From positions 16,060,001 to 16,124,000 of the forward strand of contig NC_058369.1 in the NCBI RefSeq assembly GCF_018350175.1: a stretch of DNA of 64,000 nt, read 5' to 3'. The notes beneath the pieces were generated by a model. That model was given only the letters and a program-made list of their open reading frames with translations. It was not told where the DNA came from and made no database searches. This DNA comes from Felis catus (lineage: Eukaryota). The translations under genes were made by a program, and so were the position numbers. Shown one piece after another: positions 54,566-64,000 of this stretch (position 1 is its first letter; each line of letters begins with the position of its first letter).

Positions 54566-54785
54566 AGGCACCTGGGTGGCCCAGTCAGTTAAGCGTCCAA
54601 CTTCGGCTCAGGTCATGATCTCAACATGTGTGAGTCCGAGCCCTGGGTCGGGCTCTGTGCTGACAGCCCAGAGCCTGGAGCCTGCTTCGGATTCTGTGTC
54701 CCTCCTCTCTCTCTGCCTCTTCCCCACTCACTCTCTGTCTCCCGCCGTCTCTCATAAAATAAATGTGAAAAACAATCTTTTTTAA
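54566..54785 (+). mobile_element. Can-SINE
   Basis: Head/tail. Confidence 0.88.
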
Positions 54786-55138
54786 TAACAACAATATCAA
54801 GTGTTGGTGAGTACTGACACAATTGAAATATTCATAAACTTTCCAAAACTGTCGTATCTACTGAGGGTTCACATATGCATACTTTATAGCCAAGGATTTC
54901 CACTCTTCGTTGTGTACCCACCAAAAAGGCATAAAAAGGCACAAAAAAGATATGTCTAAATATATGGAATAGTCTCATTATTCATAATAAGCAAAAGCTG
55001 GAAACAAACCACACAGGCAACAACAGTAGTGTGGATAAATATATTGTCGTTTTCATTCAATGGAATATACAGGGTTGAGAATGGAATGGAACAGCACGGA
55101 TGAATCCCACAAGTACACTATTTTGTAAAAGAAGCATT

Positions 55139-55488
55139 GAAAGATAAACTGAGGTACACTAACATTTTTCAAGAATTTATTTCAGCCTATACCAATTCCA
55201 ATCAGGCAGCCCACAGATGCAAAGTGGCTACAAGTATGCTCCATCCACAGGAGCTAGGGGGGAGGTTTTTATAGAGAAGACTGAGAAGCCAAGCAAAGGA
55301 ATTATTTGATTGGCTATAGCTTAAGCAGTGGCTTTATTTGGGAAAGTCTGGTTGGCTGTGCTACATAATTCTGAAGTTTCACTTTCTCAGATTCCAGGGC
55401 ATTGACCCTGACTTAGGTTTCAGTTTGCTAATATATGCTACCAAAGCATTGAGCCACCTCAGTCTAATGGCCTCCTCATTTAATTAAC
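55139..55488. mobile_element. Solo LTR-like element (TG...CA), related to the 48.5-49.3 kb copy
   Basis: Starts TGAAAGATAAACTGAGG, ends TTAACA; inserted in an L1 3' fragment. Confidence 0.65.
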
Positions 55489-55500
55489 AGAAGCAAAACA

Positions 55501-55705
55501 GGGCCCCTGGGTGGCTCAGTTGGTTGAGCCTGTGACTCTTGATTTCTGCTCAGGTCATAATGGCAGTGTCATGGGATCGAGCCCCGCGTCAGGCTTGGTC
55601 CTGAGCCTGGAACCTGCTTGGGATTCCCTCTCCTCTCTCTCTGCCCCTTCCTCTGGGTGCTCTTTCTCTCTCTCTCTCTCAAAAATAAAAAAAACATTTT
55701 TTTTT
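55501..55705 (+). mobile_element. Can-SINE
   Basis: Head/tail. Confidence 0.85.
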
Positions 55706-56789
55706 AAAGTTCACTGGTGGCCTCTCATTGATTATGCTTGCCATTTCTGGGCAGGAAGAGGATTTTCCTTCCTCTTGCTGGAACTAGGTAAGCTATGAGG
55801 AGTGGTAGTGCATGAGAGCGCTCCCTTCATGGCTTCCTAACTCAATTTCGAGTAAGACTTCCTAATATTATTCTATTTTTTGAACTTGGTGGTATTTATA
55901 CAAGTATTTGCTTTATAATTACTCATTATGCTCATATATATGTCCTACCCATTCTTCTATTTCATAAAACACTTTTGAAAAAAATAAAAGTCAAGATCTT
56001 AGAAGCCACAATGGACAGATATGAATGGCCTAAAGATGGGTACTCACACCTATTTTCTTAAAATATGGTCACAACGGGGATATTCTAGCTGTATTTAGGA
56101 CAACAACAGCGACTGCGGGCTCAAAAAGATTTAAAATAGGATGAATGAAATATATCAGAGATTAAACTGGACTGGCTTTCCAGGAGCCAACAGCAGGTGA
56201 ACTGGGGAGGGGGGGGGGGGGTGGCGGTGAAGCCGTGGGCAGTCCCCAGTTGTCTAGCTGGGGACGAAACACCGTAAAATACCTTTCATTCTCTATGCAG
56301 TGTTTTATTCGCTCTTCAACCAGCAAAGAACATGGTTAAATCCTCTTTGCTTAATCCTAATAGTGCTGATTTTCATTTAAGAAATTTACTGTGAAAAAAA
56401 TGTGTTATTTTGTGGATTATGCATATCTTCAGAATGTCCGTTCTACTTCAGGACAAGTTACTGCAACAGGTGAGGCTCCGCTTCGGGCGAGAGTGGGATG
56501 AATATCAAGGGAGCGTGTTAATCCAGAGCTTCAGTCCCTTCAATCTGTAACCGGTGGGGACGTAGGTGGCGCGGGGGAGGGCCCGCCAGCCCTCCCCTGC
56601 AGGGGACCTGAACGCTGCCTTTTCTTCCCAACGCCGCGAGGCTTGAAGTCTGTTTTGTGGGGTGAGAGGGCACAAACCCTAAGACTTGAATAATCTGAAA
56701 AATTACGTGTTCTTTGTTCCTTTACGTAGATTCTGGACCTCAACTCATCAGCGTACAGTTCAGATGGAAGGGTCCTGGCTTTTCTCCCT

Positions 56790-57200
56790 TGTCTGAGTCG
56801 GTCCCCAATGAGGGTCCTTGGCCCAGAGGGCCAAGCAGCGCGCTCCAGCAGCTACTGCACGCCGCCCTCCGCTCCGCCCTCCGCTCCGCCCTCCGCTCCG
56901 CCCTCCGCTCCGCCCTCCGCTCCGCCCTCCGCTCCGCCCTCCGCTCCGCCCTCCGCTCCGCCCTCCGCTCCGCCAGGCCCGCGCGCGCCCCAGCACACTT
57001 CCGGCCCGCCGGCCGCGCCCCTCCATACTTCCGGCCCGCCCCCAGCCTCCTCCGCCTCTCGCGCGACTCCAAGCGAGAGCCTCGCCCCCTCGTCCGCCGC
57101 CGCTGCCGCCCCTAGTGGTGGACCCGGATCTTTCCTAGGGTGACAGCGAGGGGCGCGAAGCCCCGCGACTACCGTCGCCCCATTTAGCAGCCCAAAGCCA
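56790..57200. promoter_or_regulatory. CpG island with promoter-like motif grammar; no linked gene identified
   Basis: High CpG density; ACTTCCGGCCCGCC twice (56997-57010, 57027-57040); TCTCGCGCGA (57057-57066); many GC boxes. Confidence 0.65.
56862..56974. repeat. Perfect dodecamer tandem repeat (CCGCCCTCCGCT) x ~9.4
   Basis: Read directly; explains the repetitive ORFs ERRA/SALR/PPLR. Confidence 0.95.
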
Positions 57201-57941
57201 GCACCAGGACCCCCGACTTAAATTCCAATTTCAGACCAGCAGCGAATCAACTGTTAGTTGATTACACTAACTTTAGTGTAAAATTCGCTAAGAATATCAT
57301 TCGTTGTTATTGAAATTGGAAGTTCAGATCCAGAGGACCCTGTGTTTCACCTGGCAGCCCCACCTGGGATCGGCGGGACCAGCGCCCAAGGCTGCCTTGC
57401 TGCCTGCCTGGTGCTCCACTGAGGCCGCCCTGTCTCTACACTATTTGTGGGTGCCTGGGGGGGGGGGGGGGAGGAGGGCGGGGAACTGCTGTGAGACCTG
57501 TTACTACCAACATATTTTAAAAATAATAATTATTATTATTGGTGTTTGGCTCCTTTTTTCGCCATTAACAACTGAAATAAACGTGTGTTTTGAATTTTAA
57601 AAATAAGAAACTTGAAGCCCAAAGATGCTCCAGGAGGGGACAGAGAGACTGAGCAGCGAGGACCACTGCCCACCCTGGGGGTCCCCGTCCTGTGGCCAGC
57701 GTAGGCCAGGAGCCGTGCGGAGTCAGAGGCCTCGCGGCCTCAAGCACCCCTGTACCCCAGCTATAGCCTGTACACCTTCTTGTCCAGCAGTTCCAGCGTG
57801 AAAGGCCTCTGCCTGGCGGGGGGGGGGGGGGGGGGGGGGAGGAAGCAATTCCTGTAGCCCTGCCCAGGGTTCTGAAGTCACATGGTCTCACGCTGGTTCG
57901 GGTCTGTTCATTACCTAAGCCCCGGCCCCCGGGCTGTGAAC

Positions 57942-57976
<35 letters not shown>

Positions 57977-58364
57977 AGTTGTGTCAGTGAACAGATAATC
58001 AGTAATGGAAACTTTTATGCTATACCAGATAAGTCATCCTGTTGTCTTGAAGTCATGAATTCTCTGTTGAATAATAAAACCAGTGGTTCAAATGGAACTT
58101 TCAAAAGCCCCAAGAGTGAAATACAGGGATGAGGAGACTGATGAGGGTTTTCTCAATCTCTAGAGGAACTAAATTGTCTCTTAAAGGTCTGTTTTGGTTT
58201 TATTTTCTCTCTTGCATTCAGCACAGGGACAGCGCAAAATCAAAGAAAAATAGTGGAAGTCATTTTAAACTTGACTTAGCAATTTCCTTGGGGAATAAGA
58301 TCGCAGAAGCCAGAGTGGTCAGGTTTGAAAGAGAAGAGAGGCTTACTTTGACTAAAAAGCTGGG

Positions 58365-58830
58365 ACTGTAAAAGAAGTGCCTCACCCTTGAAAGCATTTT
58401 GTACCTATCCTAATGCAGTACCTACCTACATGCCCGGGGCAAGTGGGGACAGATATTAGACAACAAGGGACAGCCTGTATGCCCAGGAGCCCAGGAAATT
58501 ATTCAAGTTGGCCAATCTACAGTGAGCCCCTGAAACCTAGCTAAGCCCGCCCTGCTCGCCATATACAAACTGCCCTTTACAGCTCCAGCTTATAGTTACC
58601 TTGCCCCCCGGGGGTGCAGCCCTCTGGCAGCCGTCTGAACTGTAAATCACAAAAAATTCTGCCTTTCATCTGAAGGTCCTCGTGTTGTACCATCAAAAGA
58701 AACTTTAAACCGTATAAAACAGATCTCATCTCAAGATACTTAATCTAATTACATCTGCAAAGACCCTTTTTCCAAATACAGTCGTATTCATAGGTGAACA
58801 CTTGGGGGGGGAACACAATTCAACCCCCAC
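58365..58830. mobile_element. LTR-like sequence followed by an MLT1/MST fragment
   Basis: CCAAT/TATA-like LTR grammar; CTTAATCTAATTACATCTGCAAAGACCCTTTTTCCAAAT is MaLR-like. Confidence 0.5.
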
Positions 58831-58919
58831 TCTACCCTCCTTGAGAAACTTTATATCTCATTTTTTGGATCATCCTCCTCTTCCCAGCTCTATGCAATGG
58901 AGGGGGGGGGGGGGGGTCT

Positions 58920-60310
58920 CAGGACCGAGCCCTGTGACCTCTTCATCTCTCTGTGTCAGCACTCACTGCAGAGATAACCTCATCCACTCCCACGGCTTTA
59001 GGACTGTCTATATCTCAGTGACTCCCACGTTTGTATCTTCAGTCTTCCCGTAGCTGGGATTCCTACATCCAACCTCCTGCTTACTATTGCCACCCGGGTG
59101 TTTAATATGCATCCCAAGCTTAGCATACCCCAAACCAAACATCTGATTTTCCCCTGCCCATCCTGTTTTATTTTTTATTTATTTTATTATTATTTTTTTT
59201 TTTGAGACAGAGAGAGACAGAGCATGAACGGGGAAGGGGCAGAGAGAGAGGGAGACACAGAATCGGAAGCAGGCTCCAGGCTCTGAGCCATCAGCCCAGA
59301 GCCCGATGCGGGGCTCGAACCCACGGACCGCGAGATCGTGACCTGGCTGAAGTCGGACGCTTAACCGACTGTGCCACCCAGGCGCCCCGCCCATCCTGTT
59401 TTAATCCTTCAATGTCTGCAGCTCATCAAATGATACTTCCATTTCGTTTTTCATTTCTGGCTCAGGCCAAAAGGCTTAAAGTATCCTAGACTCATCGTGC
59501 TCTTAACATGCTACATCCAAATCATCAACATACCTATAGGTCCTACGTCCAAAATGCATCTGGATGACCATCACCTCTGGTCATCTCCCCCATGACCACT
59601 CTGGTATACATCTCTGTGGCATCTCACCTGTCCCCCTGCGGCAGCTTCCTGGGAGGGGGGGTCTCCCTACTTTGTCCTTGACCCACTAGGCAAGTCCATT
59701 CCGTCCTCAGCTCAATGCGGAGACAGCAGAGAGCCTGAGTGGACAGGTCAGACAGCAAAGATCGCCACGGGAAATCAGGCCTTATCGCCCTCCTCCCCAA
59801 AACTCTTCAGTGGACTCCCGTCACGCATGGAATAAAATCCTGCGAGTCCCTGCTGCCCTCAGCTGTGTCTCCAAACTCATGTGCGCCTTTTCTGCTCGCT
59901 TGATTCTGCCCACGCTCGCTTTCCTGCTCCTGCACAGACACACCAGGCTCACTTCTACCTCAGGGCCTTGACACTGGCTATCCCCTCTGATCTGAATGTG
60001 CCTCCCCCACATATATGCTTGGCCCAGTCCTTCACTTCCGACAGGTCTCGGTTCAAATGTCATCTCACGTGGCAGCCTTCTATCACTGCCCCCTTTGAGC
60101 AGCCATCCCCCCTGCCACCCAGTCCACACTCTTCCTCTTTCTAGCCCCTCACCCTGCTGTTTTCCTCCATAGCACTCACGGCTGCCTGACACGACCTTGC
60201 ACATTTGGCCCACTGTCTGTCTGTGATGGCAGTCTTTGTTTTCTTTGCCACTGTACCCGTGGGGCCTAGAACACAGAAACTGACACTAATATACTTGGAA
60301 CAACGGAGGA
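58920..60310 (+). mobile_element. L2 LINE 3' region, interrupted by a minus-strand Can-SINE (59165-59388)
   Basis: CTCATCCACTCCCACGGCTTTA and CCTCAGGGCCTTGACACTGGCT are L2-like; SINE TSD GCCCATCCTGTTTTA. Confidence 0.8.
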
Positions 60311-60419
60311 ACACTCTAATGACGTCTGTTGGTGTCTTTTCATCTACCACATAGTGAACAAATGAGGGAGGCTCCTAGGGTGTCTGTCGGCACCTTGTGA
60401 CATCACACAGAGGATTTCT

Positions 60420-60633
60420 TTCTTTCTTTTTTTTAATGTTTATTTATGAGAGACAGAGAGAGGCAGAGTGCAAGCAGGGGAGGGGCAGAGAGAGGGAGAC
60501 ACAGAATCCGAAGCAGGCACCAGGCTCTGAGCTGTCAGCACAGAGCCCGACGTGGGGCTCGAACTCACGGACCGTGAGATCACGACCTGAGCCGAAGTCG
60601 GACGCTTCACCGACTGAGCCGCCCAGGCGCCCC
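60420..60633 (-). mobile_element. Can-SINE
   Basis: Reverse-complement SINE; TSD-like CACA(C/T)AGA(G/T)GATTTCTT. Confidence 0.9.
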
Positions 60634-61038
60634 ACATAGATGATTTCTTGGGGGATTGAGCAGAGGTTACAGACGCTCTGCTGTTTGGGGAGAGAGCAGA
60701 GAGTGCCACAGGGGAAATGATGATACAAGGAACCATTCGATCAGTTATAGCCAAAGCGAGGGGTGCACCTTCGGTTAACCACCGGTTCAGAAGCCTGGCT
60801 GGTAAAAGAGTGACACTTGGGTCTCTGGGCCTCAGACTCAGGACAGGAGCCAGCAGAGGGCCTGGAGATCCAGCAGGGGCTAATACTAGAGCTAACTGCA
60901 CGCGTCGTCAGCAACTTTCCGGACAAAAGCTGGGTCCCAGGGGAGGGCAAGGCTCGGAAGTGATTTCGTTGCCCCAAAGCAGCTCCCCCGGTAGAAGGGT
61001 GGGAGGGAAGACAAACCACGGGGTGGACGAAGAAAATG

Positions 61039-61550
61039 CAGCCCTTCTCGCGATTTGCTGCGGTCACAGTCCGTAAAGGTGCCCAAAACACTGGAATAGC
61101 AAATGCTGAACCATCGCTCCCAGGGGAAATACAGACTTAGGTTCCTGCCAGCGTCTAGTACCGTTGTGTTCAACTACTCAATACAGAACCTTATGTTGCT
61201 TCTGTCTAAAGACACCGTAGGTAGCAAATATTGTTAATTTATTGACGCTGAACTCGCGGCCGTCGGCACGAGAACGCGTGCCCGAATGGAGCTTATCTAA
61301 CACGCGCATTCTCTCCGTGAGGCGCATCCCAGCCTGCTGGCGCTTAGTGCACTTGAACTTAGGGGCACCAGACAGAGCTTGGGCACTACGCCTCGTGGCC
61401 ACTTCGAGCCACGAAACCACCAACCCCAAACCACAAAACTCTGGAAGACATGGCACCAGTAGACCACGAAAAGGACATGTGTGTTCAGCGCGAGAGCTGG
61501 TGCAAGAAGGCAGAGGGTCGTCTTGTTTGTTCAAGGTCAGCGGGGCACAT
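61039..61550 (+). mobile_element. MER82-like TcMar-Tigger DNA transposon fragment
   Basis: Minus translation RLTERMRVLDKLHSG...GREFSVNKLTI resembles the pogo/CENP-B N-terminal HTH; nucleotide sequence resembles recalled MER82. Confidence 0.75.
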
Positions 61551-62721
61551 CCCAAGCTTTCCGACATGGCGGCCCCCTCCCAGCAGCAGAGCCAGGGCCC
61601 AGCCGACGGTCAGAAAGAGTGACAGCGAGGGTCCCTGACCTTTGGGACCTTGGGAGGAGAACGGCCTCTGGGTTAGAAGCTGGGTGTGAGGAGGGACGCG
61701 CCCCGGCCATTGCCCACGAGGAACGGAGGGACAGAACCCTTGCCAGGCAGAGGCAGTGAGATGAACTCCTGTTTATACACTTAAACCCCCGTTTCCAGAG
61801 TGGAGGGGTTTCCGTGAGAGTCACCGGCCCAAGCGAAGTCCTGGGAAATGTTTTTGTAAAGCTTCAGGGACCAGCGGTGGCTGCCTTCTGGGCCCTTCTC
61901 TGCACCAGGGATGCCTAGTATCCTTCCTCATAAAAGCCCAAAGTGACTTGTCCACCGTCACACAGCCTGTCGGAGCCCCAGACCAAAGACCCGACCACCA
62001 GCGCGATTCTGTCCCCCGTCCCCTCACCTGCTTTATAAATCTTCTCTCTAGCTGCAGTGAGGCCAGGAAGGAGGTTGCCAAAGTGGCTTCAGCAAACCCT
62101 CCTGCCTCGCCCCTCCTGCCTTTCCTTTTCCTCCTTCCCTCCCCTTCCTCTCTCCCACCCCACCCCTGCCTCCTCCCCACAGCTCAGACTGCCAGCGACC
62201 CGCGGGTGGATGCAACCAGGCGGTCTTAGGACAGTTTTCGGCAGTCTTAGGCCTGGCTGATTCGGGCACAGCACTGGGCGGGGGCGCAGGGATGGGGAAA
62301 ATCTCTGCCTCTGAGTCTGCGATTGCTGGTCAGGGCCTGCCCGTCTTGTCTTTCCCTTCAGCCTCCCTGTCTCCACCATAACCAGGCCTCGGAATCGCTT
62401 GAGGAGTTTTCAGAAATCTGAGGCCCAGACCAGTTCAATGAGAACTTCGGGGCTGGTCCGAGGAACGTGAATCTCTGGCTGTCTTCAGGCCTGCTCAGTT
62501 TATGTGCCTCTTCCTAGGCCTTGACACCCCGCTCCTGTCCCAGACACCCAGAATTCTCTGGAAGATCAGGTAAATGACGTTACTCGCGATAGTTAGAGGG
62601 AAGACATTTAGCCTATGTTAACGTAAATGTGACAAACTTTCTCACATCATTAAATGCCTGTGTTCACATACTCATATCATTTAAGAATTCAGAATTTTCC
62701 AGTTAGAATGTTCTTATTGAT

Positions 62722-62955
62722 GGGGCGCTGGGTAGCTCAGTGGGTTAAGCATCTGACTTCGGTTCAGGTCATGATCTCACGATTCAGGAGTACGAGACCC
62801 GCATCGGGCTCTGCACTGACAGTGAGGAGCCTGCTTGGGGTTCTCTCTCTCTTTCTCTCTCTGCCCTTCCCCTGCTTGCTCTCTCTCTAACAGGATAAAT
62901 AAAAAGAACATTTAAAAAAAAATTTTTTTTAAGAAAATAAAATAAATACATAAAT
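62722..62955 (+). mobile_element. Can-SINE
   Basis: Head/tail; TSD-like TAGAAT(G/A)TTCTTA. Confidence 0.88.
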
Positions 62956-64000
62956 AGAATATTCTTAGTAGAGCAAGACGCTAAAGGTAATCTTCACAGG
63001 ACATAGAAACACCGAGCCATCTGGGGATCTTCAAGGTCTCCTTACACACTGGCTTTCAAGGGTAGTTTTAACAACACAGAACCACCTATGACGTTTTCAC
63101 ACAAGACCTCATACCAGACCCAAAAGTTAAGACAGGCCATTGTCTCAATACCCTCTGGTCTCCACCTCCCTCTGAATCACCTCTGTGATGCAGAAAAGCA
63201 TCTGCATTTATACAACTATCCATGGGTGAGATTTCTTTCTCGGGTGCAGCTAGGACGCTGGTGCAGGACCCGGGGGGGGGGGGGGGGGGGGGGGGTTGGG
63301 CGCGAGGGAAGGGGCGTGGAACACGGAGCATGCGCTATTGGGCCCTGGAACAGGACCCGGGGCAGGAGCCACGTCAGCGAAGGCAGGTGCTCTGCGTGGG
63401 GCGAACGTGAGCACAGGACGCGGGGCTGGGTGGCACGGAGTGAGGGGCTGTGGCTTAGGGTGTAGGGGTGGATGTGGGCTTGGGAGAGGATGAGCTGGGC
63501 AGGGCCAAGGGTGGCCTGTGAGGGCTTCAAAGGCCATGCTGAAGTGCACTGTGCGCGTGGGGCCTTCCACTCCTCCCCCAGCTACAATGTGGAGAGTGGC
63601 TGGAGCTGCACAGAGGCACCTGGGGGGGGGGGGGGACACCAGGACAGAGGCTCTTGTGCCGCGAGAGGCTGAGGCCGAGGCCACGCTGGAGGATGGCCAA
63701 GGGCGGGGCTTTTCTTTTGGAAAGGAGAAAGTGACGCAGGTCAACACCAGGCTGGCCGGGGAGGAGGTCGTCCCCAGAATCTCACCCACCCTCCCTGGGC
63801 CGTTGCCTGCCCCCTGCTCCTCTGTCCTTCCTTTTCAAGCCTCCCCTCCAGGAAGTGGGGTCGGGTGTGGCCACTGGCCTCTCACCCCCTTGGGGACCTT
63901 GCAGCCTCATCTGGACACACAGCTTTGTTTGCGTCAGCTTTGTTTTCTAATGGGGAGGAAGACGAGCCTCAGGAGTCTCCTTGGACAGCTTGGGGGCCGT

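Noticed and set aside
56744..56751. CTGATGAG on the minus strand (hammerhead core or box C-like)
   Set aside because: No stem II followed by GAAA, and no convincing C/D terminal stem
56714..57143. ORFs with ERRA/SALR/PPSA/PPLR repeats
   Set aside because: Translation artefacts of the stop-free 12-bp repeat; no recognisable domain
62025..62100. TTTATAAAT TATA-like motif
   Set aside because: No downstream ORF or splice structure to support a promoter
30300..64000. Expected neighbour RTP3 or another coding gene
   Set aside because: No RTP-family motif (e.g. FARFQCSSC...W) seen in the ORF track or by eye; probably beyond the window

Overview
Mammalian genomic DNA, almost certainly from a felid, judging by the dense tRNA-derived Can-SINEs of the SINEC_Fc type. 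The left half holds the lactotransferrin gene LTF on the minus strand. I mapped coding exons 1-15 by hand (29486 down to 600, all GT-AG, 1902 nt = 634 codons, no frameshift). Exons 16-17 lie beyond the left edge. The proximal promoter is at about 29.5-30.2 kb. The right half (30-64 kb) has no protein-coding gene I can support. It consists of SINEs, L1/L2/MIR fragments, MaLR and ERV-type LTRs, old DNA transposons (MER63/BLACKJACK-like, MER82-like), simple repeats and candidate enhancers. The most notable unexplained element is an orphan CpG-island promoter-like region at about 56.8-57.2 kb, with a 12-bp GC-box tandem repeat and twin ETS/GABP sites. Other leads: a candidate alternative first exon in LTF intron 1 whose uORF stop would overlap the delta-lactoferrin AUG; an altered promoter C/EBP site with intact tandem copies upstream; a Trp-less, weakly cationic lactoferricin; and a changed N-glycosylation pattern. 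I see no convincing evidence of a wholly new biological system. Repeat family names and cross-species comparisons come from my recollection of consensus sequences, and repeat boundaries are approximate.
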